Shown piece by piece: positions 1 through 7,975 of a DNA stretch of 64,000 bases. Source of the DNA: Deltaproteobacteria bacterium (lineage in GTDB: Bacteria; Myxococcota; Kuafuiibacteriia; Kuafuiibacteriales; Kuafuiibacteriaceae); NCBI GenBank assembly GCA_040218735.1, contig JAVJQW010000057.1, forward strand, positions 500,005 to 564,004. The letters are read 5' to 3'. The position numbers were made by a program, and so were the translations under genes. Position 1 is the first letter of the stretch. Each line of letters opens with the position of its first letter. The notes under the pieces were generated by a model that ran no database searches, was not told where the DNA came from, and saw nothing but the letters and a program-made list of their open reading frames with translations.

Positions 1-753
1 CACGCGCTGGTAGGGCGTGGTCTTCGCGTAGACGATCGGGTCCGCGTACAGCGCGTCCTCCGCGAGGTCGGTGATGTCGGAGGAGAACACCATCCCGATC
101 ACGAGGAACACGAGGCACGCGTACGCCTCGGCGCGCAGCAGCCAGACGATCCGCCGCTGCCGCAGCGCGTCCGCCAGCAGGTGCGTGCACCACACCGCGA
201 CGATCGCGTTGAGACACCCGACCGCGAACGCCCCGCGCACCAGCCCGAGCTTCGGCACCAAGAAGATCGGGAACGCGAGCGACGCGACCAACGCGCCGAG
301 GTAGTCCGCCGTGAGCACCCGCGCGACGAGGTCCTTGAGGTCGTAGCGGTCCTTCAGGATCCGCATCAGCAGCGGGATCTCCAGCCCGACCAGCGCCCCG
401 ATGACGAGCACCAGCCCGTACAGGACCACGTGGAAGAACGACACCCGCGAGAAGGCGAGGAACAGCACCGCCGCCGACACCCCGCCGACGATCGCCACCG
501 CGATCTCGATCTCGATGAAACGCGCGACGACGTCCCGCGTGACGAACCCGGAGAGCCACGCGCCCACCCCCATCGCGAAGAGGTAGACGCCGATGATGGT
601 GGAGAACTGCGTGACGGAGTCGCCGAGGACGTAGCTGGCGAGGGTCCCGGCGATCAGCTCGTAGATCAGCCCGCACGTGCCGATCGCGAACACCGCGATC
701 AGCACGGCCGGCGCGCTCACGGCGGGGCGCGCGGAGCGGGCCTCGGCGGTCAC
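1..753 (-). CDS. speE: Membrane-bound polyamine aminopropyltransferase (spermidine synthase-like), N-terminal part; runs off the left edge
   Basis: Manual minus-strand translation: ...VFAIGTCGLIYELIAGTLASYVLGDSVTQFSTIIGVYLFAMGVG...GLEIPLLMR...DYLGAL...TPYQR, the typical N-terminal TM region of long SpeE-like proteins; GTG start overlaps the DUF350 stop (GTGA). Confidence 0.85.
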   Translation of the reverse strand, partial: MTAEARSARPAVSAPAVLIAVFAIGTCGLIYELIAGTLASYVLGDSVTQFSTIIGVYLFAMGVGAWLSGFVTRDVVARFIEIEIAVAIVGGVSAAVLFLAFSRVSFFHVVLYGLVLVIGALVGLEIPLLMRILKDRYDLKDLVARVLTADYLGALVASLAFPIFLVPKLGLVRGAFAVGCLNAIVAVWCTHLLADALRQRRIVWLLRAEAYACLVFLVIGMVFSSDITDLAEDALYADPIVYAKTTPYQRV

Positions 754-968
754 GCCCCGATGGCGGAGGCGATGATGATCGACAGCCCGATCACGACCGA
801 GCCGAGGAGGATGCCGACCGCCACGTTGTCATCCTCGGCGAGCTCCTTGCGGAGCGAGAACGGCGCGACACGCTCCATCACCAGGAACGCGATCGCGAAG
901 ATCGCGACGCCGATGAGTGAATAGACGACGGAGGCCACCATGTGGCCCTGCTGAGTCTCCCAGAACAT
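750..968 (-). CDS. DUF350 family small membrane protein
   Basis: Two TM helices with PFSLRKELAEDDNVAVGI motif; operon position next to speE-like gene. Confidence 0.85.
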   Translation of the reverse strand: MFWETQQGHMVASVVYSLIGVAIFAIAFLVMERVAPFSLRKELAEDDNVAVGILLGSVVIGLSIIIASAIGA

Positions 969-971
969 CTG

Positions 972-1184
972 TCATTTCCCTCCCCGATACCCGGAGCCGA
1001 AGAAGAACACGCCGCCGCCTCCGCGGCGACCACTACTCGACGACGAACGTCCGCTCGAGAGCGAGGGACGCGAATCGGTACCGCTGAACACGTAACCGCC
1101 CGTCTCGACGACGAGGTACCCCAAGAGCACCGTCGCGCCGACGACGAGATAGAACTTCGAGAACAATCCACCCAAGAAAGCCAT
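972..1184 (-). CDS. Small TM protein with Ser/Gly/Arg-rich tail ending GSGYRGGK
   Basis: ATG at 1184 immediately after the DUF4178 stop; 70 aa, one hydrophobic segment; fits tightly in the operon. Confidence 0.75.
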   Translation of the reverse strand: MAFLGGLFSKFYLVVGATVLLGYLVVETGGYVFSGTDSRPSLSSGRSSSSSGRRGGGGVFFFGSGYRGGK

Positions 1185-1186
1185 GG

Positions 1187-3130
1187 CTACACCCCCGTGT
1201 GGTCGCTCTCCATCCAGCGACGTTTCTCGAACCCGAAGTAACGAATGCCCTGCAGCAGCGGGAACAGCCACAGGATGAAGAACACGATCATGGCGTGTGA
1301 GCCGATGAAGACGTCGGAGCGCACCGCGAGCGTGAGCGCCGTGGGCTCGCCGCGACCGGTCACCCACTCCGGCTTCACCTCGGCGACGTACGTGCCGCCC
1401 GGGACGCCGCCCACGTAGACCGTTCGCGCATGCCGACCGGACGCGTAGGTTTGGCCGCCGACGTACCCCGAGTAACTCGCGACGTGCACGCCGAACGGGA
1501 TGCGTTTGTTCGACGTCTGCTCGATCAACGTGCCTTCACTGAACACGAAGCCGTTCTTCACGTCCGACGCCATCGTGATCTCGAGCGCGCTCTTGCCGCT
1601 GACCTCGAAGGCCTTGCTCCGCAGCAGCTCGCCCTTTACGCGCCGCGGCTTCTCGTTGCCGCCGCGCGTCTTGGTCGGGAGCTTCCACTGCTCCTGCAGG
1701 ACGACCTGGTTGTCGGAGGTCATCGACATCAGCATCGCCAGCAGCAGCAACAGCCCCGAGAAGACGAGGCCGAAGCGGAACGAAGCCTTCAGCGAAGGCG
1801 CCGCGGGGTTCGGTTGGTTCGGCGCGATGCCGGCGGCGCGCGCGAGCGGGCGCTTCAACCCGAACGCCTCCTCGACGACCTTCTTGTCGAGGTACTCACC
1901 AGCGGACCACGTCACCTCTTCGGGCGTGCGCTCCTCCGACAGGATGTGCGGCGGCGCGACGTAGTCACTCGTGCCGACGCGATCCCCGACCTGCACCTTC
2001 CAGTAGAACTCGCCGCGCAGCGCATCGACGACGGCGGTCGACGAAGAGAAGTGGCGGTACGTGCGATCGTCGAAGCGCGCCTGACGCCCGCGCTCCTGCA
2101 CCGCCCCCGCCGACACCGGGCGCACGAAGGTCCAGTGACCGTCGTTGTCGATCAACCAGTAGTAACCGCCGCGCCGGTCCTCGCGGAGCAGGTACTCCTG
2201 CCACGCGTACTTGATCCCGTCGTACGTGACGCTGCGTTCGAGCAGCCCGTAGATCGTGTAGCGCCCGTGCGAGAACTTGCCGGTGCTCCCCAGCGGGATC
2301 TGCGGATCCTGCCCGTGCTGGCGCGCGGCCGACATCAGGTACAGCTCGCTGCCCTTCGAACAGTCGAGGAGCGAGTCACACGAGCCGCACGTCACGCGCT
2401 GGGCTTCGTCGGGCGCGCGCAGCTCGACGGCAGCGCCACAGTTCGGGCAGTTCATCCCGACGCCGGCGGCGGCCTCGGTGGGCTGGTAGTCGCGAAGGAC
2501 GCTCTTGTCGAAGACGTCGTCGTACTTCAGCTCGGCGCCGAGGAAGATCGACTCCGCCTCACGCGGCGCGGTGCCGTAGTCGATCGTTCCGAAGGTCCCG
2601 TTGGGCCCTTCGACGTCGCAGTAGAAGAACTGGGCGCCCGGCTCGACCGCGAACGGGAGCTCGCCCTCCGCCGACACGAACTTCGCGCGGCGACGCTCGA
2701 CGACGGTCAGCTCGTGTTTGCCGAACTTGAAGTGACTGCCGACGCGCGCCGCGGGGTAGCTCGGCAAGCCGGCTTGCGCCCCGCCGAACGTGAGGTAGAC
2801 CTTCCCCTGAGCTTCGGCGAGCCAGCCCCAACGGCCGTCGTCGAAGGCGGCGTACCACTCGTTCCAGGGACCTGCCCCATAGTTCAGCTGAACGCGCCCG
2901 ACGAGTGTGAAGCCCTTGCTGTGGTAGCGCCCGGAGGTCCCGAGCGCGAGCGGGGAGCCGATATCCGCCAGCGGGGCGACCTGCCCGAGGATCTCGAGCT
3001 CGGTGATGTCGTCGCCCACGCGAGCGACGGCGCTCGAGCAGTAGCTACAGACGGACAGGAGCGATGCTCCCGCCCGGAACTCGACCTGCCCACCGCAGTT
3101 GGGACAGTTGACGACGCGGGCGGCCTTCAC
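1187..3130 (-). CDS. DUF4178 domain protein (two Zn-ribbon plus DUF4178 repeats, C-terminal TMs)
   Basis: CPNCG...CxxC twice, W-x-E-W/Y motifs (WNEWY, WQEYLL), GELPF and GEFYW, C-terminal FEKRRWMESD. Confidence 0.85.
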   Translation of the reverse strand: MKAARVVNCPNCGGQVEFRAGASLLSVCSYCSSAVARVGDDITELEILGQVAPLADIGSPLALGTSGRYHSKGFTLVGRVQLNYGAGPWNEWYAAFDDGRWGWLAEAQGKVYLTFGGAQAGLPSYPAARVGSHFKFGKHELTVVERRRAKFVSAEGELPFAVEPGAQFFYCDVEGPNGTFGTIDYGTAPREAESIFLGAELKYDDVFDKSVLRDYQPTEAAAGVGMNCPNCGAAVELRAPDEAQRVTCGSCDSLLDCSKGSELYLMSAARQHGQDPQIPLGSTGKFSHGRYTIYGLLERSVTYDGIKYAWQEYLLREDRRGGYYWLIDNDGHWTFVRPVSAGAVQERGRQARFDDRTYRHFSSSTAVVDALRGEFYWKVQVGDRVGTSDYVAPPHILSEERTPEEVTWSAGEYLDKKVVEEAFGLKRPLARAAGIAPNQPNPAAPSLKASFRFGLVFSGLLLLLAMLMSMTSDNQVVLQEQWKLPTKTRGGNEKPRRVKGELLRSKAFEVSGKSALEITMASDVKNGFVFSEGTLIEQTSNKRIPFGVHVASYSGYVGGQTYASGRHARTVYVGGVPGGTYVAEVKPEWVTGRGEPTALTLAVRSDVFIGSHAMIVFFILWLFPLLQGIRYFGFEKRRWMESDHTGV

Positions 3131-3190
3131 GCCGGTTTCGGGTTACCACCCGCCTGCTTTCGCGGCAACCGATGTATCCTCTCGGCAGCG

Positions 3191-5668
3191 ATGGGGGAGC
3201 CGGTCTTCGCCGGGGCGAGTCGAGTCGAACGCGTCACGGTGTTCTCCGAACATGCGCACGTCACGCGGATCGTCGAGATCGACGTTCCGGCGGGAGAGAC
3301 GACGTACGCGCTCGACGATCTCCCGACGTCGGTCGATCCCGCGACGCTGCGGGTCACGACGTCCGGCGGAGAGATCGTACGCGTCGAGCTGGGGCTCCTC
3401 CCCGATACACACCCCGAGGGCGCCGACTCCACCGCCGATCTCGACGTCGCGATCGAGCGGCTGACCGCGCGCCTCTACGATCTCACCGGGCGCGCCGAAG
3501 GGCTCGCCGCCGAGCTCGAGCTGATCGACGCCGTCGTCCCCGACAAAGCGCGCGCGCCTCAGGGCGCGCTCGCGCCGGAGCGGTTCCTGGAGGGGCTCGA
3601 TGCGCTCGTCGAGCGCCGCCGCGAGACGCTCTACCAGCTCCGTATGGCCGACTACGAGCGGCAGCTCACGGCGGACGAGCTCGACCAGCGCAAGAGTCAG
3701 CGCCGCGACCGCGACAACCCTTCGGCCACGCTCCGCGAGCGCACGCGAACGATGGTCACGGTGCGAAGCGATGAAGCCGTCACGGCTACGCTCGAGCTGA
3801 CCTACGCGATGGGGTGGGCGACGTGGCGTCCGTTCTACGATCTCCGTCTCACACGCGGGCTCCCGACCATCGAGGTCACGCGCTACGCGGAGATCTGGCA
3901 GGAGACCGGGGAGGACTGGACCGACACCGCCGTCCGTACGTCGACGGCCGTCCTCGAAGAGGGCCTCGCGATTCAGCGCGTGCGTCCGTGGGTCCTCGAA
4001 CATCCGACGCCGTCGTCCGGGAAGAACAGACCCCTCCCGAGGAACGCTTCGGTCTTGGAGCCCGCGCTCCTACCGCCACCGATGCCGCAGTCGAGCCCCG
4101 GTTCGAACCCCGGACGGAGTCGGTCGTCGCCGGACTTCCTCGACCACGAAGCGGCGACCGGCGACCTCTCGATCTCCGCGGAGACGCTCGCGCAGTCGCC
4201 GTTCGCTCAGCCGTTGCTCGGGCCCGGCTCGGATCCGACGAGCCACCCGCGCCACGGGAGCAACCCGCGCCCGGACTCGGGGCCCCGCGCACGGCAGTTC
4301 CGTGAGGAGGGGATCTTCTCCGAGATCACCGCGGTGTCCGCACAGGCGGAGACGGGGCCGACGGCGACGCAGCTCGTCGAAGCGCAGCGCACGGGCCGCC
4401 CGTCGCCGCGCGAGGGGACGACGAACATCGGCGTGGTGCAGACACCTTCGCCGGATCATCCGGACTGGGACCGCTTCGAGGCGGAGGCTCCGCCGCGCGA
4501 GAGCAGCGGGGGATTCGACTTCGAGCTGACGGCGAACGAGCGCGCGTCCTTGCCTTCGGGCCACGAGCAGCACCGTCTGTTGTTGGGGCGCGCGAACCTT
4601 CCGTGTGAAGTGCGGTACCTGCTCCGGCCCGCGATCACCGGGCACGCGTTTGCGCGGCTGACGATCACCAACTCGTCGCGGGTGCCCCTCCTCCCCGGGA
4701 ACGCGGCGGTGTTCGACAACGATCGTTACTCCGGCGCGGTGACGCTCGACGCGGCGCCGCCGAAGGCGCGGGTGTCGCTCGACCTCGGCGCGCAGCCACG
4801 CGTGGTCGCGCGCCGAAAGAGCCGAACGTCGATGCGGACGGAAGGGCTCATCACGCGCGAGGACGAGAACGCGAACGAAGTGCTGCTCGACACCGACTTC
4901 CGCCTCTTCTACTGGCTGCTCAACGGCCATGTCGTCGGCGCGCCCGAGCAGCCTCCGCCGCCCGACCCGGCCGCCGTGAAGATGGTCCGTGCCTTCGTCC
5001 AGGCCGGTGCCGATCTTCGCTACAGTCGTGCGGGTCTGATCTCTGGCGATCTCGCGCGCCAGTCGGGGAGCGAAGCCGTCCAGCGAACGCTCGCCGAGTG
5101 CGACGCGTACGTGACGCGGCACTACAAGAGCAGCAGCCGAGACAAGCAGTGGAAATACGTGAAGAGACCACCGAACGTGAAGTCGGTGCTCACCAAGGAG
5201 CTCGCTGGCGATGCACTCGCCAAGAAGACGGTCGCGCTGGTCATGGTGTCGGCGACGGCGACGCTGAAGAGCAAGAGGAACGCCTACCGACCGGAGAACG
5301 CGGCGGACGCCAATCCGAATACCGCTTGGGTGGAGGGCAGCCCTTGGCACGGGCGATGCGAGGGTATCGACCTTCGCGTCGACCAGGCCGCCAAGGCGGC
5401 GAAGCTCATGATCCTGAATGGCTACACGAAGTCCGAGAAGACGTGGAAAGAGAACTCGCGCATCAAGCGCGCGAAGGTCTTCGTGAACGGCGATGTCGTG
5501 GCGTCGGTCGAACTGTTGGACACCCTGGAGCCGCAGACCTTCGCGCTCGGTCGTGATCTCTCGGCCAAGGACGTCATCAAATTTCGGATCGTCGAGGTCT
5601 TCCCGGGGAGCAAGTACAAGGACACGGCGATCAGCGAGCTGCGCCTCGTCGCGAGCGAAGCGGGGTAG
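3191..5668 (+). CDS. DUF4140/DUF4139 (MuiA-like) protein, apparently fused to an unrelated C-terminus ending in a discoidin/NADase-type glycan-binding domain
   Basis: Start MGEPVFAGASRVERVTVFSEHAHVTR; ATWRPFYDLR, WQETGEDW and PLLPGNAAVFD motifs; C-terminus YRPENAADANPNTAWVEG...NGYTKS...NSRIK...YKDTAISEL. Confidence 0.7.
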   Translation: MGEPVFAGASRVERVTVFSEHAHVTRIVEIDVPAGETTYALDDLPTSVDPATLRVTTSGGEIVRVELGLLPDTHPEGADSTADLDVAIERLTARLYDLTGRAEGLAAELELIDAVVPDKARAPQGALAPERFLEGLDALVERRRETLYQLRMADYERQLTADELDQRKSQRRDRDNPSATLRERTRTMVTVRSDEAVTATLELTYAMGWATWRPFYDLRLTRGLPTIEVTRYAEIWQETGEDWTDTAVRTSTAVLEEGLAIQRVRPWVLEHPTPSSGKNRPLPRNASVLEPALLPPPMPQSSPGSNPGRSRSSPDFLDHEAATGDLSISAETLAQSPFAQPLLGPGSDPTSHPRHGSNPRPDSGPRARQFREEGIFSEITAVSAQAETGPTATQLVEAQRTGRPSPREGTTNIGVVQTPSPDHPDWDRFEAEAPPRESSGGFDFELTANERASLPSGHEQHRLLLGRANLPCEVRYLLRPAITGHAFARLTITNSSRVPLLPGNAAVFDNDRYSGAVTLDAAPPKARVSLDLGAQPRVVARRKSRTSMRTEGLITREDENANEVLLDTDFRLFYWLLNGHVVGAPEQPPPPDPAAVKMVRAFVQAGADLRYSRAGLISGDLARQSGSEAVQRTLAECDAYVTRHYKSSSRDKQWKYVKRPPNVKSVLTKELAGDALAKKTVALVMVSATATLKSKRNAYRPENAADANPNTAWVEGSPWHGRCEGIDLRVDQAAKAAKLMILNGYTKSEKTWKENSRIKRAKVFVNGDVVASVELLDTLEPQTFALGRDLSAKDVIKFRIVEVFPGSKYKDTAISELRLVASEAG

Positions 5669-5760
5669 AATTCGTCCCTGTTCGGGCGGCGGGAGCACGA
5701 ACACCTGCGGACGGTACCGCCCGTGTCGAGCCACGCCGCGTCGACATCGGCCGTGACGCC

Positions 5761-5850
5761 GGTCCGACGGCGCCGAGCGTACTCGCGTTGTTGACCAGGA
5801 CGTCGATCGCGCCGAACGCGTCGGCGGCCTCGGCGGCGATCCGGGCGGGG
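5761..5850 (-). pseudogene. Fragment of a short-chain dehydrogenase/reductase gene
   Basis: ARIAAEAADAFGAIDVLVNNASTLG is a classic SDR segment; no surrounding TGxxxGxG or YxxxK motif. Confidence 0.5.
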
Positions 5851-5932
5851 GCCCTCGCGCGCGTTCGGCGGCGCGGCGTGCTCATGCATTGGAATCTGGT
5901 TGTCGAACGAGCACGGCGTTTCCTGTGTGCCG

Positions 5933-5961
5933 GTAAGGTTCGCGCACCCTCGAAACGAATA
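5933..5961 (+). promoter_or_regulatory. Putative ECF-sigma promoter GTAAGG-N17-CGAATA
   Basis: Same hexamers and spacing as the motif at 14892-14920; about 60 nt upstream of the lipoprotein gene at 6023. Confidence 0.55.
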
Positions 5962-6022
5962 CCGATACGAGGCCTCGGTCGTTCCGGGCCGCTCGTACAA
6001 CTCATTTTCAGGGGAGAGATCG

Positions 6023-6502
6023 ATGTCGAATTCAACGAAGCGCGGCGGGCTGTGGTCCGTCGCTGTCCTGGGGTTCATCGCGGCGTGTGGATCGGTCGAC
6101 GAGCGGCCGGCGTCGGAGGAGGCGCCCCAGACCGCGACGACGGAGCAGGGCATCCTCGGCTCCAACCTCTGCAAGGACGTCGACCTCATCTTCACCAACT
6201 CGCGCGAGCGGGCGAGCGGCAACGTCGCCATTCGCGTCCGTCGCGTGAAGTTCTCCGAGAACGCGAACGGCCCGTGGCGCTCCGAGGACTTCAGTAACCG
6301 GGTCGTCGGTTACGGCGACACGGTGACGGTCGACAACCAAGACCTCGAGAACTCGTACAACGATGATCTCGAGCACTGGCGCATCTACTACAACGTCCTG
6401 CAGCCCAACGGGACTTGGGGCTCCGAGGTGTATCAGCAGGTCACGCACTTCGGCGACTCCACCTGCCGGAACTACCGAGGTTACTCGCTCGTCGTGAACT
6501 AA
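6023..6502 (+). CDS. Secreted lipoprotein of unknown function
   Basis: GGAGAG RBS then ATG; lipobox IAAC; beta-rich mature domain with two Cys. Confidence 0.8.
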   Translation: MSNSTKRGGLWSVAVLGFIAACGSVDERPASEEAPQTATTEQGILGSNLCKDVDLIFTNSRERASGNVAIRVRRVKFSENANGPWRSEDFSNRVVGYGDTVTVDNQDLENSYNDDLEHWRIYYNVLQPNGTWGSEVYQQVTHFGDSTCRNYRGYSLVVN

Positions 6503-6506
6503 CGAC

Positions 6507-7223
6507 TCAGGGTCGCAGCCGAAGCGTGAAGGAACGCGCTTGCCAGCCGTCGCCGGTCTCCTCGCCCAGCACCGCTTGCGGCCTGGGCGCGGCGCCGGGG
6601 CGGGAGACGACGGCGACGAGGCGGACCTCGCCCGTTTGGCCGCGGGCGAGCACACCGGCTTCGCCGACCCACCGAGCCGTGCCCCGCGGCGACACCTCCG
6701 CAACGACCGAGGACGAGACCGGCGCGCCGTCGACGACGACGAACAGCGACGCCCCGACCGGGCCGGACACCTCGACCATCGGTCGCATGACGATCGCGAT
6801 CTCGGTGGGGCCGTCGAGGATCGTGGGAGTCGCCGCGCCGCGCCAGTCCTCGGCGGTCGGCTCATACTCCACCCGGTAGGCCGGCAGCGCGTCGCCGTCG
6901 GGAGGGACCATGAGGAGCAGCACGGCGGCCGCCGCGGCGACGGCGGCGACACCGATCGGCCACGTTCGCGCGCGGCGCAGCGGGCTCGCGGCGTCCAGCG
7001 CGACGCCGACGAGTTTGTCCTCGAAGTCCTTCGAGAGGGGCTCGCACATCTCGAGCGCCGTCCGCAGCGCCGAGTCGTGCACGGCATCTTCGCGCAGCCG
7101 CGCCTCCTCGTCCGCGCTCAGCGTTCCGTGGGCGAGGCGCTCGATCCGTGGATCGAGGTCCGCGTCGAGCGCGCTCATCGCCTGCCCGATCGCGCGGAGG
7201 CCGTCGTCGACGCGGTCAGACAC
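6507..7223 (-). CDS. Putative membrane anti-sigma factor (paralog 1)
   Basis: Overlaps the ECF sigma stop; N-terminal helical domain (RLAHGTLSADEEARL), one TM, beta-rich outer domain; homologous to 11504-12256. Confidence 0.75.
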   Translation of the reverse strand: MSDRVDDGLRAIGQAMSALDADLDPRIERLAHGTLSADEEARLREDAVHDSALRTALEMCEPLSKDFEDKLVGVALDAASPLRRARTWPIGVAAVAAAAAVLLLMVPPDGDALPAYRVEYEPTAEDWRGAATPTILDGPTEIAIVMRPMVEVSGPVGASLFVVVDGAPVSSSVVAEVSPRGTARWVGEAGVLARGQTGEVRLVAVVSRPGAAPRPQAVLGEETGDGWQARSFTLRLRP

Positions 7224-7872
7224 GGCCAGGTCCTTCGGCTGCGAGCTCCGCCTCGAGCTCGCGGACCAGCTTCAGGAGTCGATTGCGCCAGGAGTACAGG
7301 GCGGTCGGTGTCGTCCCCTCCTCCTCGGCGACGAGCTGAATCGGCTGCTCGTCGATGTACAGGCGTTGGAAGTACACACGGCCCCGCGGGCTGAGGCGTT
7401 CTTTCAGGCGCTCGGCGATGAGGGCGAGCAGCTCGCGCGACGCCACGTAGTCCTCGTGGCTGGCCGCCGTGCCGCGCATCTCGTCTAGGCGCTCGTCGAG
7501 CGTCGGGTCCTCGGTCCAGGGGTTGCGCTTGCCGGTCCGCATGATCATGCCGACCTCGCGATCGGCGAGGAGGCCGACGAAGCTCGTGAACGACAGGCCG
7601 CGGCGCTCGTCCCACGCGCGGAGCGCCTTCCCCCGCCGCGAGAACAGCGCGGCAAAGACCTCCTGCACCATGTCTTCGACATCATGGCGCAGGTTGCGAC
7701 CGCGTGCCTGCGCCGCGTGGCGCATCAGCGCTCGCGAGACCCGAACCTGAATGGTCGGGGCGATCCGGGCGACGACGGTGCGCATCGCGTCGGCGTCGCC
7801 GTCCAACGCCGATACGAGCCGCGCGCGCAGCTCCTGTGGACCGAGCCGGTCGAGGTCGATACCCGGGGTCAC
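7216..7872 (-). CDS. ECF RNA polymerase sigma-70 family factor (paralog 1)
   Basis: Region 2 DVEDMVQEVFAALF, WDERRGLSFTSFV; region 4 LSPRGRVYFQRLY...ALYSWRNRL; GTG start with GAGGA RBS chosen by eye. Confidence 0.85.
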   Translation of the reverse strand: MTPGIDLDRLGPQELRARLVSALDGDADAMRTVVARIAPTIQVRVSRALMRHAAQARGRNLRHDVEDMVQEVFAALFSRRGKALRAWDERRGLSFTSFVGLLADREVGMIMRTGKRNPWTEDPTLDERLDEMRGTAASHEDYVASRELLALIAERLKERLSPRGRVYFQRLYIDEQPIQLVAEEEGTTPTALYSWRNRLLKLVRELEAELAAEGPGRV

Positions 7873-7975
7873 GACGTCGTTCCTCGAGACTCCGTAACGT
7901 ATCAACAACCGCCCGTCGCGGCGTCCCCTGTGCAATCCCTCCCGAGCTTTCAGTTCTGTTCGCCAGACGATCAGC

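Noticed and set aside
1430-3190. N-terminal 587 codons of the 1412-aa ORF
   Set aside because: Antisense shadow of the DUF4178 gene; the recognisable domain begins at the ATG at 3191.
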